A DNA stretch of 64,000 bases from a bacterium (GCA_963663365.2 CAXXIH010000008.1:1256319-1320318); one strand, 5' to 3'. Shown: positions 1 through 10,904, counted from the stretch's first letter. The notes: generated from the letters alone by a model not told the origin. Program-made: numbers and translations.

Positions 1-487
1 TCACATTCACTTCGCTCGTTCTAATCACTTAAGAATGCGAGGCTTACGTCATCGCATCCTAGTTCTCTGATCCACGCTGTAATATAACATGACCCTTCAC
101 AACCAACAACATAATCTTCCTGACACCCCCTCTAGACCGCCCCAAATAACGTAAAGACAAAAAGACAAAACAGGCCAATTTTGTTTGCACATAACCGATG
201 ATATCTATCTTGCTGGTATTGCAGAGCTTATTTGGATAATAAGAAGAGATATCGACAAGACACTCTGTCATAAAAGTAGCAACCTCTATTTCCGAAAATA
301 CAAAGAGACACCAGCATGTTGTCATTCCGGTAACAAAAAAGCGCCATAGACCAAAGCAACGAAAAAGCGTCAACCAAAGGCAACCATAGAGATATCCATA
401 AGAATTTCATTGCCAGAGGCGGAACTTGCTATGTAGAATGTTTGGAGCCACCGGAATAAACACAAAACCATTGATCCATCAACGCTA

Positions 488-781
488 ATGAAAAAATCAT
501 CTCCTGAAATGAAAAGAGTTCATGTAATAGTCTCGGGACGTGTCCAGGGAGTCGGATTTCGTTACTTCGCGGTCCAAGAGGCACAACGGATCGGTGTAAA
601 AGGATGGGTACGCAACACACCGGACGGATGTGTCGAAACCGTGGCCGAAGGCTCAGACGGCCAGTTGAACGAGTTTTTGGCAAGCCTGCAAACCGGCCCA
701 GCGTTTGGCTATGTCACCAATTGCGATGTGTCATGGCTAGATGCCACAGGTGAATACAACCGGTTCAATGTGAGTTTCTAA
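488..781 (+). CDS. acyP: acylphosphatase
   Basis: 97-aa ORF with the acylphosphatase pattern 'V.V.GRVQGVGFRYF...GWVRN..DG.VE'. Met8 (nt 509, MKRVHVIVSG) is the more typical start. Confidence 0.85.
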   Translation: MKKSSPEMKRVHVIVSGRVQGVGFRYFAVQEAQRIGVKGWVRNTPDGCVETVAEGSDGQLNEFLASLQTGPAFGYVTNCDVSWLDATGEYNRFNVSF

Positions 782-782
782 C

Positions 783-2339
783 TCAAATAGGCTCAAACGT
801 GCCTGCGCACTTTTCACGACACACATTCCATGTTTTGGCGCGCAAAGCAGCTTCCTTCATTAAATCCAGGCAACAATCGTTCAAAGACGAGGCCAACTCG
901 CGCGTCTGCTCCGGGCAGGGTCCGCCTGCATTCTTTCGTGCATTCAAATTGACAGACGGATCGGCGGCAGATCGTGCCTCATCTTCAGTCAAAGGAGACC
1001 AGCCATGCTCTTTTAGAGCGGCGCCTAGACTTTCCGGAGTAAGCCGACCTTCTCGCTCCGAACCTGCCACCGCATCGGCCACAATTTTATAGGCGGCACG
1101 GAAAGGCTGTTTTCGAGTCCGGGCCAACATATCCGCAACATCGGCGGCTTCAAGAAATCCCTGCGCGCAGGCGGCTCGCATCGCCTCCCGGTTCACAGTG
1201 AGCCCGGCAACCATTTGAGCAGCCAGGGGAGCCAGCCCCAAAACCTCACGTAACAGGTCCATTATCAAATACTTAGACCACTGCAAATCCCTGTGGTAGC
1301 CGGACATTTCGTTGGCGCCCAGGGCTAACAAGCTTGTGGAAAACCCCAGCGCCAAGGATGTCTTAGCCCGTGTAACCTCCAAAAGATCAGGATTCCGCTT
1401 TTGAGGCATAATCGAACTTCCGGTGGTGAGTTCCTTAGGCAGACCGATAAATCCGAAATTGGGCGATGAAAAAGCAATCAGATCCTGAGCCAGCGTGGCC
1501 ATATGGCGTAAATAGAGTGTTATGTTGACTGACGCCTCGGCATCCGGTTCCCAACGGTTGCCAACAGCATCGGTGGGATGTTCGAGAACATGGTCAAAAC
1601 CGAGTAATTCGGCGGCAAATCTCCTATCCAGCGGCCAAGAAGTCCCATAGCCGGCCGCCGCTCCCAGCGGACATACGTCAATATGACTGATCACATCAAG
1701 CAGCCGTCTGACATCCCGTTCGAGCGCCGAGGCATGGCCAAGAACCAGACTGCCCCAAGATGTCACCATAGCTGGACGCTGGTGCGTGAATCCGGGCATA
1801 ACCGCATCGGCATGGTCGATTCCATGTTGATTCAATACCGAAAACAGTTTGAGAATCTCATAGCAAAGCCCAAGAAGAGCTTCTCGCAGCCATAAGCGCA
1901 TATCCGTGGCGATTTGGTCGTTGCGGCTGCGCCCGGTATGCAGTTTGCCGCCGATTTCAGTTCCGGTCTTTTCGGTGACAAAACTCTCCACCGCCATATG
2001 AATATCTTCACAAGCCGGATCGAGTTGCCATTCGCCCTTTTCAGCGGCCGTTTCAAGCGCCTTAAGAGCCCTAAGAATGCTTTGCAGTTCATCGGCACGA
2101 AGCACCCCGGCACGATGCAGAACCTGTGCATGGGCTCGGTTGGTCCAGATGTCCATGGGCAAAAGCGAAAGATCGGCGGGAGGAAGAGAACTGACATCCC
2201 GCCCCGCACAAAAGCGGACCAGTTCCTCAGCAGCATTTCCCTTCCCTTTTGTTTGCCAAACCGGTTCAGCCATTTCGTAATTCCCTTTTAACATAAATTC
2301 AGTATTACGCCGTCCGATTATATGCGTATGTGTAGCCAA
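783..2339 (-). CDS. argH: argininosuccinate lyase (fumarate-lyase superfamily)
   Basis: Motifs 'GRSRNDQIATD' and the lyase signature 'GSSIMPQKRNPD'. The ORF opens with TTG at 2339. The ATG at 2273, preceded by AAAAGGGAA, is the more likely start. Confidence 0.85.
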   Translation of the reverse strand: MATHTHIIGRRNTEFMLKGNYEMAEPVWQTKGKGNAAEELVRFCAGRDVSSLPPADLSLLPMDIWTNRAHAQVLHRAGVLRADELQSILRALKALETAAEKGEWQLDPACEDIHMAVESFVTEKTGTEIGGKLHTGRSRNDQIATDMRLWLREALLGLCYEILKLFSVLNQHGIDHADAVMPGFTHQRPAMVTSWGSLVLGHASALERDVRRLLDVISHIDVCPLGAAAGYGTSWPLDRRFAAELLGFDHVLEHPTDAVGNRWEPDAEASVNITLYLRHMATLAQDLIAFSSPNFGFIGLPKELTTGSSIMPQKRNPDLLEVTRAKTSLALGFSTSLLALGANEMSGYHRDLQWSKYLIMDLLREVLGLAPLAAQMVAGLTVNREAMRAACAQGFLEAADVADMLARTRKQPFRAAYKIVADAVAGSEREGRLTPESLGAALKEHGWSPLTEDEARSAADPSVNLNARKNAGGPCPEQTRELASSLNDCCLDLMKEAALRAKTWNVCREKCAGTFEPI

Positions 2340-2604
2340 CGGCGACGGTTAGTGAAGTTACAAAACAACAGCAGAGACCGTTTATTAAGGCAGATGCTCA
2401 AAACGGCGATATAATAAATATAGAATACAAAGGCGGTTGGCCTTTAGACATCTTGAATCGGACATCAGAAGCGAAAACAGGGCATATACCGCCGGAATGG
2501 TCCGGGAGACCGTGAGACGATAAAAGATCGGGATGATGGAGAACACGAGTTAACAGGGAGTTGAGGGCCGTTTCACGGAAGGTCCGGACCAGGAGGTCCC
2601 GATC

Positions 2605-3060
2605 ATGAATGGCTCTGAATTCAAATTCGATTTCATCACTCCGAACGCACTCAACGCAACGATAATTGTCTGGTTTTTTGTGATTGTTGCCGCGTGTATC
2701 TGCGTATTTACTGTTGGTTCCTACCTTTGGAAGCGTTACCTGAAAAACCGCGAATTCCGTTTCGAAATGCAAACGCTGGGCCTGGATACGGAGCAAGAAG
2801 GTACCTTGGCGGCAATTGTTAAGCGCTACCGCATGGATGAGCCGATGAGCATTTTGCTTTCGGAACAGATATTCGATGAAATGGCAACCCGGGAAATGGT
2901 CCGTATCTTAAGCAGCCCCGCTTCTGCCGAAATCAAAGAGAAATATATCGGCGAACTGTACGATATCCGCCAACGCACCTATCAGCACGAATGCGAAGCG
3001 TATGAAGACTCGGTGGCTCAGTCAGCAAATACGCCAACATCAAATCCTGCGGGTGCCTAA
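2605..3060 (+). CDS. hypothetical single-pass membrane protein
   Basis: 151-aa ORF. AGGAGG lies 8 nt upstream of the ATG. One hydrophobic helix (IIVWFFVIVAACICVFTVGSYLW). No family recognised. Confidence 0.55.
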   Translation: MNGSEFKFDFITPNALNATIIVWFFVIVAACICVFTVGSYLWKRYLKNREFRFEMQTLGLDTEQEGTLAAIVKRYRMDEPMSILLSEQIFDEMATREMVRILSSPASAEIKEKYIGELYDIRQRTYQHECEAYEDSVAQSANTPTSNPAGA

Positions 3061-3111
3061 CACTTCCATATTGATATTCCCTTATCGTCATAAGACTTGG
3101 GAGCAAAACGG

Positions 3112-3147
3112 CTTGCGGTCCAGCAATGGGCCGCAAGTCTCATTTTT
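3112..3147. terminator. bidirectional rho-independent terminator candidate between 2605-3060(+) and lepA(-)
   Basis: Hairpin CTTGCGGTCC-AGCAAT-GGGCCGCAAG. It is followed by TCTCATTTTT on the + strand and by a T-rich stretch on the - strand. Confidence 0.55.
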
Positions 3148-3189
3148 GGCAAATGAAAGGATTTTGAAGAAAGCCTGGCGATTGCTGCA

Positions 3190-4986
3190 TCAATCGAGAT
3201 TCAGCACCGCCATAAAGGCCTCTTGAGGGATTTCTACATTGCCGACGTTTTTCATACGCCGTTTTCCCTCTTTTTGGCGTTCGAGCAATTTACGTTTGCG
3301 TGTGATATCGCCGCCGTAACATTTCGCCGTAACATTTTTGCGTAATGCCTTAACCGTCTCACGGGCAATAATCCGGCTGCCCGCAGCGGCCTGGATAGCA
3401 ACATCATATTGCTGCCGGGGAACGACTTTGCGTAGTTTTTGTACCAGCGCTTTGCCTTTTTCATAGGCGGTATCGTGATGCACAATAACCGAGAGCGCAT
3501 CGACCGGTTCGCCGTTTACGAGAATATCGAGTTTGGTCAAATGCCCCGGACGGTCATCGATAAATTCATAATCAAAAGACGCGTAGCCTCGTGATACCGA
3601 CTTCAGACGGTCATAGAAATCCGAGACAATTTCAGCCAAAGGAAATTCATAACGCATAATCACACGGTCAGGGCCGATATATTCCAGGCCCTTATCCATG
3701 CCGCGCCGGTCCATGGCCAGTTTCATAATCGAACCAATTGTATCCGGCTTGGTTATGATCGTTGCCTCGATAAACGGCTCAAGCAACGTCTTAATTTCAT
3801 GCGGTTCCGGCAACTGTGAAGGATTGTCAATGATCAGTTCTTCGCCGTTTTCTTTATGAACCACATATTCGACATTCGGAGCGGTAATCACCAAATCAAG
3901 GTCGAATTCACGCTCCAAGCGTTCTTGAACCACATCCATATGCAACAAGCCCAGAAATCCGCAACGGAATCCGAATCCCAAAGCTGCGCTGGTTTCCGGT
4001 TCGAAATGAAAACCGGCATCGTTCAATTGGAGTTTTTCCAGAGCAGCCCGCAGCAATTCGAAATCGGCCGTATTCGTGGGATACATCCCGCAAAAGACCA
4101 TGGATTTCGCAGGCTGATAGCCGGGCAAGGGCTTGGCGGCGGGATTTTTTTTCAGCGTGATTGTATCCCCAACCTGCACATCGGTGACTTCCCGGATATT
4201 GGCGACGATATACCCCACGCTACCGGCGGGCAGTTCCTTGGCGGGAACCGCTTTGGGCAGAAAAATCCCTACTTCTTCAATCTCAAAAACTTTTCCCGAT
4301 CCCATAAACTGGATCACATCGTCTTTTTGAAATGATCCGTCAACGATACGAACATAGGCGATGACTCCCCGGAATTGATTAAAAATACTATCAATCACCA
4401 AAGCCCGGGGCGGCGCGGAGGGATCGCCTTGGGGCGGGGGAATCCGCTTGACGATGGCCTCCAGCATGTCTTCAACACCGCGTCCATCTTTAGCGCTGGT
4501 GTAAATGACTTCTTTTTCTTCTGTCCCCATCAAATCATGGAGTTGCGTCATTACTCCGGCGGGATCGGCGGCCGGAAGATCGATCTTGTTAATGACAGGA
4601 ATGATATCCAGGTTTTGTTCGAGCGCTTTATAGAAATTGGCGACAGTCTGAGCTTCGATCCCCTGTGAAGCGTCAACCACAAGCAACGCGCCCTCACAGG
4701 CCGCAAGACTGCGGGAAACCTCATATGAGAAATCGACATGGCCGGGAGTATCAATCAGGTTGAGATAGTATTCATGGCCATCGCGGGCCTTATAGAGAAG
4801 CCGCGCGGTTTGGGCCTTGATAGTAATGCCTCGTTCCCGCTCTAAATCCATAGTATCGAGCAGCTGCTCCCGCATCTCACGTTTGGAAACAGTCCCCGTG
4901 GTCTCCAACAGACGGTCGGCCAGCGTGGATTTCCCATGATCGATATGGGCGACAATCGAAAAATTTCGTATACGATTCTGATCCAT
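3190..4986 (-). CDS. lepA: translation elongation factor 4 (LepA/EF4)
   Basis: 598 aa. N-terminus '[22 protein letters not shown]', 'DTPGHVDF', 'NKIDL', and the LepA-specific C-terminal domain ending '...EGKRRMK..G.V.IPQEAF..VL'. Confidence 0.97.
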   Translation of the reverse strand: MDQNRIRNFSIVAHIDHGKSTLADRLLETTGTVSKREMREQLLDTMDLERERGITIKAQTARLLYKARDGHEYYLNLIDTPGHVDFSYEVSRSLAACEGALLVVDASQGIEAQTVANFYKALEQNLDIIPVINKIDLPAADPAGVMTQLHDLMGTEEKEVIYTSAKDGRGVEDMLEAIVKRIPPPQGDPSAPPRALVIDSIFNQFRGVIAYVRIVDGSFQKDDVIQFMGSGKVFEIEEVGIFLPKAVPAKELPAGSVGYIVANIREVTDVQVGDTITLKKNPAAKPLPGYQPAKSMVFCGMYPTNTADFELLRAALEKLQLNDAGFHFEPETSAALGFGFRCGFLGLLHMDVVQERLEREFDLDLVITAPNVEYVVHKENGEELIIDNPSQLPEPHEIKTLLEPFIEATIITKPDTIGSIMKLAMDRRGMDKGLEYIGPDRVIMRYEFPLAEIVSDFYDRLKSVSRGYASFDYEFIDDRPGHLTKLDILVNGEPVDALSVIVHHDTAYEKGKALVQKLRKVVPRQQYDVAIQAAAGSRIIARETVKALRKNVTAKCYGGDITRKRKLLERQKEGKRRMKNVGNVEIPQEAFMAVLNLD

Positions 4987-5096
4987 CGTGTTTTGCGGTT
5001 ACTCTAATCTTAATTCAAGCGCTCCGGACGTTGGCGAACGAGAATCCAAGCCCATTAGGCTAAGTTCCGTCCAGCTGAGCAAACATATTTAATGGT

Positions 5097-5957
5097 GTGG
5101 TTGCCGGAGACAGGGCCGCGAGAGTATACGTTGAGCAGTTGACTGACTCAAACCAAACCATGATATCAACCGACATGGAACGATTACCACCATTGCAGAC
5201 TTATCCTTCGAACGAGAGTGCAAACGAGACTTATGGCCCGGTACATCCGCCGGAAAGCGTGGCCATTCTTGTTCCTTGTTTTAATACATCCCAAACGGCC
5301 TTTGAGGTTCTACATGCTTCGGAGCCTTACGCACGTACGCTGCTGGCAATTAACGACGGTTCAACGGACGATACTGCTCATTGGCTCCACATAGCCCCGG
5401 CGGAGGTTCTATCTTGGGAAAAGAACCGCGGAAAAGGACATGTGATCGTTGAGGGCATGCGCCGTTTGTGGAATATGCCGGGATGGGAGGTCATGATCAC
5501 GGTCGACAGCGACGGTCAACACAGCCCGGCTGACATCCCCAAGCTGCTACGCAAACAATTGCAGACCGGCGCGGATATCGTTGTTGGCTCGCGTGATTTC
5601 CGAAACAAGGGGGTTCCCTCAATCCGCCGCATGGCCAACCGTGTCAGCTCACGCCTGATCCGAAGGCTTACGGGCTTGGAAGTGCCCGATGTGCAGTGCG
5701 GTCTGCGGTTATTTACCCGGTCGGCCGTGCAAAAACTGTTGCCTCATCTCAAGGGCGGATCGTTTGAAGTTGAAACTGACATCCTGCTGCTGGCCGACCA
5801 CTTGGGATTAACGATTCGAGATACATCCATTGAGACAATTTACCGAGTCGAATCGTCAAAACGCTCATCTTGGAGAGCGATACACCATAGCCGTCTGATT
5901 CTTAAGGTTTGTTGGAATCATCTTTGGGTGCGCAGAAGGCGATTGCCTCGAGGATAG
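5097..5957 (+). CDS. family 2 glycosyltransferase (polyprenol-phosphate sugar synthase-like)
   Basis: Patterns 'ILVPCFN', 'INDGSTDDT' and 'TVDSDGQH' (DxD) are typical of GT2. The ORF starts with GTG at 5097. The ATG at 5160 is an alternative start. Confidence 0.8.
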   Translation: MVAGDRAARVYVEQLTDSNQTMISTDMERLPPLQTYPSNESANETYGPVHPPESVAILVPCFNTSQTAFEVLHASEPYARTLLAINDGSTDDTAHWLHIAPAEVLSWEKNRGKGHVIVEGMRRLWNMPGWEVMITVDSDGQHSPADIPKLLRKQLQTGADIVVGSRDFRNKGVPSIRRMANRVSSRLIRRLTGLEVPDVQCGLRLFTRSAVQKLLPHLKGGSFEVETDILLLADHLGLTIRDTSIETIYRVESSKRSSWRAIHHSRLILKVCWNHLWVRRRRLPRG

Positions 5958-5977
5958 GCATGCCATAGGGAGGTGTT

Positions 5978-6433
5978 ATGAAAGGTCTGCGCTGGACACT
6001 CGTCATTGCCGTTGCCGTCCTCTTGGCATTTTTGGGTTATTCGTTCTTTTTCGCATCTGATGAGACACGTATTGCACGGACAATCGAAAAGGGCCGCCGG
6101 GCATTTGAAAAGGAACAATTGCTGCGCATGCTTTCATTCATTTCCAGCGATTACCGGGATGAATACGGGTATGAAAAGAGTTCGTTGCTTGGCTCAATGC
6201 GTACCTTTTTCTCAGAGCATAACGATATCCAAGTCAAAATTCTGAAAATGGAAATCACGGTTACTCCGGAAGACGGCGTTGCGGTTGTCAATTTGCTGTT
6301 GGCTTTCGGTGGTGATGTGGTAGACGAAAGATTCCAAGGCAGAGCCCTGCATCAGGAAGAAGGCACAAGTGTGCGTATCGATATGAAAAAAGAAGGACGG
6401 GCCTGGAGAGTGGTCCGTTTCTCAATGCGTTGA
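5978..6433 (+). CDS. hypothetical membrane-anchored protein (possibly NTF2/SnoaL-like fold)
   Basis: 151-aa ORF directly downstream of the GT2 gene. It has an N-terminal TM anchor (LVIAVAVLLAFLGYSFFF). The fold assignment is a guess. Confidence 0.55.
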   Translation: MKGLRWTLVIAVAVLLAFLGYSFFFASDETRIARTIEKGRRAFEKEQLLRMLSFISSDYRDEYGYEKSSLLGSMRTFFSEHNDIQVKILKMEITVTPEDGVAVVNLLLAFGGDVVDERFQGRALHQEEGTSVRIDMKKEGRAWRVVRFSMR

Positions 6434-6472
6434 TAGACAGTAAATTTCGTCGATAGACATACAGAAGGACTT

Positions 6473-7105
6473 TTACTTGGAGTGGGGTGTAAAAAGTTCC
6501 CAATCGATTGAAGTCACAACATCCGGATCAGGTGTAACAAACGCCTGGTATTCCGTATAAACATCATACGAGATCACATCTTCCAAACTGTTTTCATCTC
6601 CGACAATCTCAAAATCCATGCTTAGGATCGACACTCCGGCCGGAGGTTTAATTTCGATTGAATCGATTGCCAAAATATCCTCAGATGTTGAGCGCCTATA
6701 AATACTACGCCGGCCAACTTCATAGCCCTGCTCTTTAAGTATGATTTGGAAACGATTGCGTAAACGGATGGTCCAATCCACAAAGGAATCATCCTGAAAA
6801 GGGTACGTAACATCATGATTCTCGGGCAAGACAATCGAGAGACGCGTTCCGTTGCTGGCAAGCATCCGCACGATGACCATACGATGCGGCGCACCGGATT
6901 TGGCGGAAAGTCCCCGGCTGGCAATGACTAAGAGCCGCGCTTCACCTTCGGGTACGACTTCATCAATCTCTTGGGCGGCGGCATCCGGAATCATGACAAG
7001 CGCACTAAGCAACAGGCCCACGGAAAGGGACGCAACGGTACACAATAACCGCTTCCTAAACACACGCCGCGTCTCAATAGATTCCGGTTTTGGGGTCAAT
7101 TCCAT
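6473..7105 (-). CDS. hypothetical secreted/anchored protein
   Basis: Start chosen at the ATG at 7105 because AAGGAGAA lies upstream. A signal-like segment (LLCTVASLSVGLLLSALVMIPDAAA) is present. No family recognised. Confidence 0.55.
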   Translation of the reverse strand: MELTPKPESIETRRVFRKRLLCTVASLSVGLLLSALVMIPDAAAQEIDEVVPEGEARLLVIASRGLSAKSGAPHRMVIVRMLASNGTRLSIVLPENHDVTYPFQDDSFVDWTIRLRNRFQIILKEQGYEVGRRSIYRRSTSEDILAIDSIEIKPPAGVSILSMDFEIVGDENSLEDVISYDVYTEYQAFVTPDPDVVTSIDWELFTPHSK

Positions 7106-7614
7106 GATGCGAATTCTCCTTTTCGAAGAGTAACATAACCCGAGAGGCGTTTCCCGTCGGCACATCCTTCAGGATCTTATCGCTTTTGCATCGTTCCAAT
7201 GATGCCATTACCGAATACGGTTTGCGCCTTATGTGCGCCATCTTTTTCACCTATGGAACGTAATGATCCAGATTGCGGGACGTCTGCTAGGCGCAGCTAC
7301 CCCCAGGCAAACCAAGTGAGTTGCTAACATAAATTGTGACCGCAACCGAGCCCAGTTCAATCTAGCTGATTGCTGCGGAGGTCTATGCCTAAAGATATTC
7401 AACAACACCGCAGGTGAAATTGTAACGGTTGGGATGAGGACAAAATTGGGCTTTCTACCTTGAGGATCACAGGCAGGCCAAATAGGATCTACCTCGATAG
7501 CCATTGCATCACCGTTTAGGGGGATCCCCTCCAAGGCGTTGTAAGGAAGGTATTGTAGCAATGAACCGAGGATCCAAAGCCGCAAAGAAAGGATACTTTA
7601 AAAGGAAGGGCAAC

Positions 7615-8121
7615 ATGAACAAAAAGATGGAAAAAGCTTTTAACAAGCAGATCAATGCCGAGATCTATTCTTCGTATCTATATTATGCCATGGAGGCATA
7701 TTTCCAATCGAAAAATCTTAAAGGTTGCGCAACCTGGATGCATTATCAGGCCATGGAAGAGTTGATCCATGTCATCAAGTTTTCCGAATACATCAACAAC
7801 CGTGGCGGACGGGTGAAACTTGAGGCAATCGAAGCACCACAGTTTGAATGGGATTCTCCTTTGGCAGCCTTTGAGGCGGCCTATGCTCATGAACAAAAAG
7901 TGAGCGGCTTAATCAATAAGCTCGTCGATCTTGCCAAAGAAGAGAGCGACCACGCATCCGATGCGCTCCTGCAGTGGTTTGTAACGGAGCAGGTTGAAGA
8001 AGAAGCGACGGTGGATGAGATCGTCCAGAACTTCAAGATTGCGGGAGACTCAGGACCGGGGTTGTTCATGATCGATCAGCAGCTGGGCCAGAGGACACCA
8101 CCGGCTCCTCCGGCGGCATAA
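7615..8121 (+). CDS. ftn: non-heme ferritin
   Basis: 'FNKQINAEIYSSYLYYAMEAYF...W...QA.EE..H' ferroxidase-centre pattern. Start chosen at the ATG at 7615, which has AAAAGGAAGGG upstream. The ORF-track start at 7504 adds an implausible Arg/Lys-rich leader. Confidence 0.9.
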   Translation: MNKKMEKAFNKQINAEIYSSYLYYAMEAYFQSKNLKGCATWMHYQAMEELIHVIKFSEYINNRGGRVKLEAIEAPQFEWDSPLAAFEAAYAHEQKVSGLINKLVDLAKEESDHASDALLQWFVTEQVEEEATVDEIVQNFKIAGDSGPGLFMIDQQLGQRTPPAPPAA

Positions 8122-8195
8122 ACCGGACAGCCTCTATCAAGTATTACAGGGCTGCGTATGTCATACGCGGAAAATACAATCTACATATTGCATAC

Positions 8196-8230
8196 AAAAA
8201 GGCCCGCCGGTTGGCGGGCCTTCTCTATTC
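8196..8230. terminator. bidirectional rho-independent terminator candidate (ferritin / C45 peptidase)
   Basis: GGCCCGCC-GGTT-GGCGGGCC hairpin at 8201-8220. It is flanked by AAAAA (T-run on the - strand) and TTCTCTATTC on the + strand. Confidence 0.6.
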
Positions 8231-8280
8231 TGAAATCTTGAATGACATCGGCATAACGCAGCTTTTGCCATGACGTTCAT

Positions 8281-9531
8281 TTAGCGCAATGCGGTCACTT
8301 CACCATCGAGGTTGAGTTTGAAGTGATGGTAGGGCTGATTGCAGGATGGTTCGCCATTGGGACCGGCATGTGCCACCCATGCTTCGCCGGTTGCGGGATG
8401 GAAGATGGCATTGTGTAGATTGCCCTTCATCGACACCGGACGCTTAATCAGTTCCATCAGTTTATTCTGATCAACCTGCCCATAGGCCGACTCCAGACGT
8501 TCCATAAACAGTTTGGCGCGATCCTGCCCGGAGATAATAATCGTATCCTTGGGCTGTTTGTTTAAGAAACCGCTCCAGTCGCCGCTCTTAAATAGAATCT
8601 GGAATTTAGATTCCTCCAAATCGAGAGCATCGACCAGAATTTTGTTCCCGCCAACATCCCCACTCGGTGCGGTGGGAAGATTGAAGAGACCGTAAGTTGT
8701 GCCCGGTTTTGTGAAGTGAATACGTTTGGCCGTCGAATAAACTCCGCGCGCATCATTAATCTTCGCATCGGAGATAACATAGTAATATTCGCACGTGCGC
8801 GGTGTGTCTTTCATCATTTTGACGGCTTCATCCAGCGTCGAGGCCGTCTCTGCGATTTCCCGCAGGAGGAATGTCATAGGCATGCCATCCCATGAGCCTT
8901 GGCCTGCACCGCCCATTTCACCGAGACCGATTTGCTGATCGTTCATGGCTGTGACTGTGCCTGAAAGGCCCGCGTAGCCGACATTCATCCAGCTGTGATG
9001 GTCTTTGGGTTCATAAATAATAATCACGGCGTTGTCTTGCAGCCCTCGATCGGTCATGTAATCCAAGATACGGACATGATACAAAGAGCCATCGGTAGTA
9101 GCGTCGCCCATCAAAGCGAAGCCGCTGCAATGGAACGCTTCGGGGAAAAAGTTCCCGGCCAATACGGTTTCGTAATCGAGCCCCGAACCTTCAGACACAC
9201 CCCGCATCTCCTCAAAAAAGCGCTCGGGAACATGCGGCTTAAGCTGTTCGTGCATCGCCCCCCGGCCCATTTTGTACATTTTGTAGACGGGATGTTCGGC
9301 CATCTCCTCATTTTCGGTTACATTCAGGAGATTCTTTTTAATTTTATCAGCTAGCAATTTGCCGTGCTGATACCCCATGTCGTAATAATCACCCTTGAGG
9401 TGCAACACGAGCTGCCCGTCGATATTCTCTAAATAACCATCTCCCTCGCGGGCAACGATTTCTGACCATACGGATGTCCCCCCCAACGTAAGGACAAAGA
9501 TACCGAGTACAAATAAAACGGATCGCTTCAT
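8281..9531 (-). CDS. peptidase C45 / acyl-CoA:6-APA acyltransferase-like N-terminal nucleophile hydrolase, secreted
   Basis: Signal peptide MKRSVLFVLGIFVLTLGGTSVWS. The 'HCSGFALMGDATTDGSLYHVRILDY' motif contains the nucleophile-Cys context typical of C45/choloylglycine-hydrolase-like enzymes. Confidence 0.7.
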   Translation of the reverse strand: MKRSVLFVLGIFVLTLGGTSVWSEIVAREGDGYLENIDGQLVLHLKGDYYDMGYQHGKLLADKIKKNLLNVTENEEMAEHPVYKMYKMGRGAMHEQLKPHVPERFFEEMRGVSEGSGLDYETVLAGNFFPEAFHCSGFALMGDATTDGSLYHVRILDYMTDRGLQDNAVIIIYEPKDHHSWMNVGYAGLSGTVTAMNDQQIGLGEMGGAGQGSWDGMPMTFLLREIAETASTLDEAVKMMKDTPRTCEYYYVISDAKINDARGVYSTAKRIHFTKPGTTYGLFNLPTAPSGDVGGNKILVDALDLEESKFQILFKSGDWSGFLNKQPKDTIIISGQDRAKLFMERLESAYGQVDQNKLMELIKRPVSMKGNLHNAIFHPATGEAWVAHAGPNGEPSCNQPYHHFKLNLDGEVTALR

Positions 9532-9943
9532 GCGTACGCTCCTTTTTTCGAAACAAAGATTTACTGGATTTTCCTATTTTATCCTAAAATGCATCGTATA
9601 ACGAGGACAGGTTAAGAAATTATTATTGTCATGGCTCAACACATTGAGCCGTATACGTTTCTGTCAAGACCCAAGGTCAATGAGCGAATACGGATCACGG
9701 TTCCCCGTTGGAGTCACATCCTGACAACAGATCAAAGCAGAGCGATGCTTCCACAATTCGCCATCCGTAATTGCCACCATTATCAATCATGTCAATCTCC
9801 GGCTAGGACTCGGCCAAGTGAGAAATACACAGAATAAAAGCCATCCTCGATCATAATCCCGGGGGTATATCAAGAACCTGCAAACAGGCATAATCGGTAG
9901 CATCGAAATCGAGGCCGGAAGCCTTCGCCAAAGGAGTGACACA

Positions 9944-10669
9944 ATGGCACGTTTAAGTCTTGTATTCATACTAAGCGCCGTTCTATTGGGAGTGACGATT
10001 GTGAATGCCGAAGAACCGATCCGTATTGCAATTACAACCGGCGGGCACGGCTATGACCGTGAACCCTTCCACGCGGCATTCCGAAGCATGGAAGGTATCG
10101 AGTTTTTTGTCGCTGAATATCCCAAGGCCGAAGAACTCTTCCAGCCCGAAGTACGCAAAAACATCGACGTGTTTGTCTTCTACGATATGAACCGGGAAAT
10201 CGCCGAGAGCACCAAACAGAACATGCTCGACATGCTCAAGGAAGGCAAAGGCATCGTGGCCATCCATCACTGCATTGCCAGTTATCCGGAATGGAAGGAA
10301 TACACCAATATCATCGCGTCCCGTTATTTTTTGAATCCGGAAACCTTTCAAGGCAAAGCCTGGGAAAAATCGACTTACAAACATGATGAATGGGTGGATG
10401 CCAAAGTCGCAGCCAAAGATCATCCCGTAATGAAAGGTCTAAGCGATTTTCGGATTTACGATGAAGTCTACGGCAATCATTGGGTTTCGCCCGATGTTAC
10501 GGTGTTGCTTACGACAGAGCATCCCGAAAGCCAAGGAGCACTGGCCTGGGCGCATACCTGCAAGAACGCGCGAGTTGTCTATATCCAGCTCGGCCACGGC
10601 AAAGAATCCTACGCCAATCCCAACTTCCAAACGCTGGTCCGCAACGCCATCCAGTGGGTGAAGAAATAA
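9944..10669 (+). CDS. ThuA domain-containing protein (trehalose-utilisation-like), secreted
   Basis: Signal peptide present. Patterns 'ITTGGHGYD...F', 'IHHCIASYPEW' and 'VYIQLGHG' match ThuA-like class I glutamine-amidotransferase-fold proteins. Confidence 0.75.
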   Translation: MARLSLVFILSAVLLGVTIVNAEEPIRIAITTGGHGYDREPFHAAFRSMEGIEFFVAEYPKAEELFQPEVRKNIDVFVFYDMNREIAESTKQNMLDMLKEGKGIVAIHHCIASYPEWKEYTNIIASRYFLNPETFQGKAWEKSTYKHDEWVDAKVAAKDHPVMKGLSDFRIYDEVYGNHWVSPDVTVLLTTEHPESQGALAWAHTCKNARVVYIQLGHGKESYANPNFQTLVRNAIQWVKK

Positions 10670-10687
10670 AACAGCCGCATAGGCGGA

Positions 10688-10746
10688 GGCGGGAGGGCGA
10701 ACGTCCTCGTGAGCCGTTAAATACATTTGTATCTCCACATCCACCC
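10688..10746 (+). repeat. interspersed repeat module A, copy 1 (GGGAGGGCGA-N10-GAGCCG ... TGTATCTCC)
   Basis: The same module occurs at 18758-18816, at 36665-36723, and inverted at 36973-37150. Confidence 0.8.
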
Positions 10747-10788
10747 AACGTTCTCCAACCGGGTGGCAAAGACAACTCGCTTGTCTGT

Positions 10789-10811
10789 GCGCCGCAAGGC
10801 GCAAGAGGTGG
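10789..10811. repeat. 21-nt repeat with a GNRA-loop hairpin (GCGCC-GCAA-GGCGC)
   Basis: GCCGCAAGGCGCAAGAGGTGG at 10791-10811 is the exact reverse complement of 37206-37226. Confidence 0.8.
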
Positions 10812-10874
10812 AATCAGGAAATATTTTCAGGACGCGCTTCAAGCCATCCACATGCCTTTTCTTGCAAACACACC

Positions 10875-10891
10875 AAGCGCTGAAAGCGCGC
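10875..10891 (-). repeat. repeat module B core (AAGCGCTGAAAGCGCGC hairpin)
   Basis: The GCGCT-GAA-AGCGC hairpin recurs at 36647-36666. It recurs in the opposite orientation at 36875-36897 and 18862-18882. Confidence 0.7.
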
Positions 10892-10904
10892 GGCGAATTT
10901 TATA

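Noticed and set aside
59-410. ORFs 59-373(-) and 228-410(-) in the AT-rich first 430 nt of the window.
   Set aside because: They are mutually overlapping and hydrophobic/low-complexity, with no RBS or family signal. The region is truncated by the window edge, so I cannot support a call. It may be promoter or intergenic DNA upstream of acyP, or the edge of another AT-rich insert.
3856-4335. Long ORFs antisense to or out of frame with lepA, argH, GH38, the ABC transporter, the FliK-like gene and others (e.g. 3856-4335, 1914-2291, 38122-38751, 27677-28231, 61744-62274).
   Set aside because: Each lies entirely inside a CDS with strong family motifs. They have no RBS or start context that I could see and have low-complexity composition. 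They are shadow ORFs.
7520-7529. Perfect palindrome GGGGATCCCC about 90 nt upstream of the ferritin start, inside an unusually long (~450 nt) upstream region. Considered as a Fur/PerR-type operator or an ncRNA locus.
   Set aside because: At 10 bp it is too short to be meaningful alone and does not resemble AT-rich Fur/PerR boxes. I could not recognise any known RNA (SRP, 6S, tmRNA, RNase P) or a convincing ORF in the region; 7247-7585(-) looks spurious.
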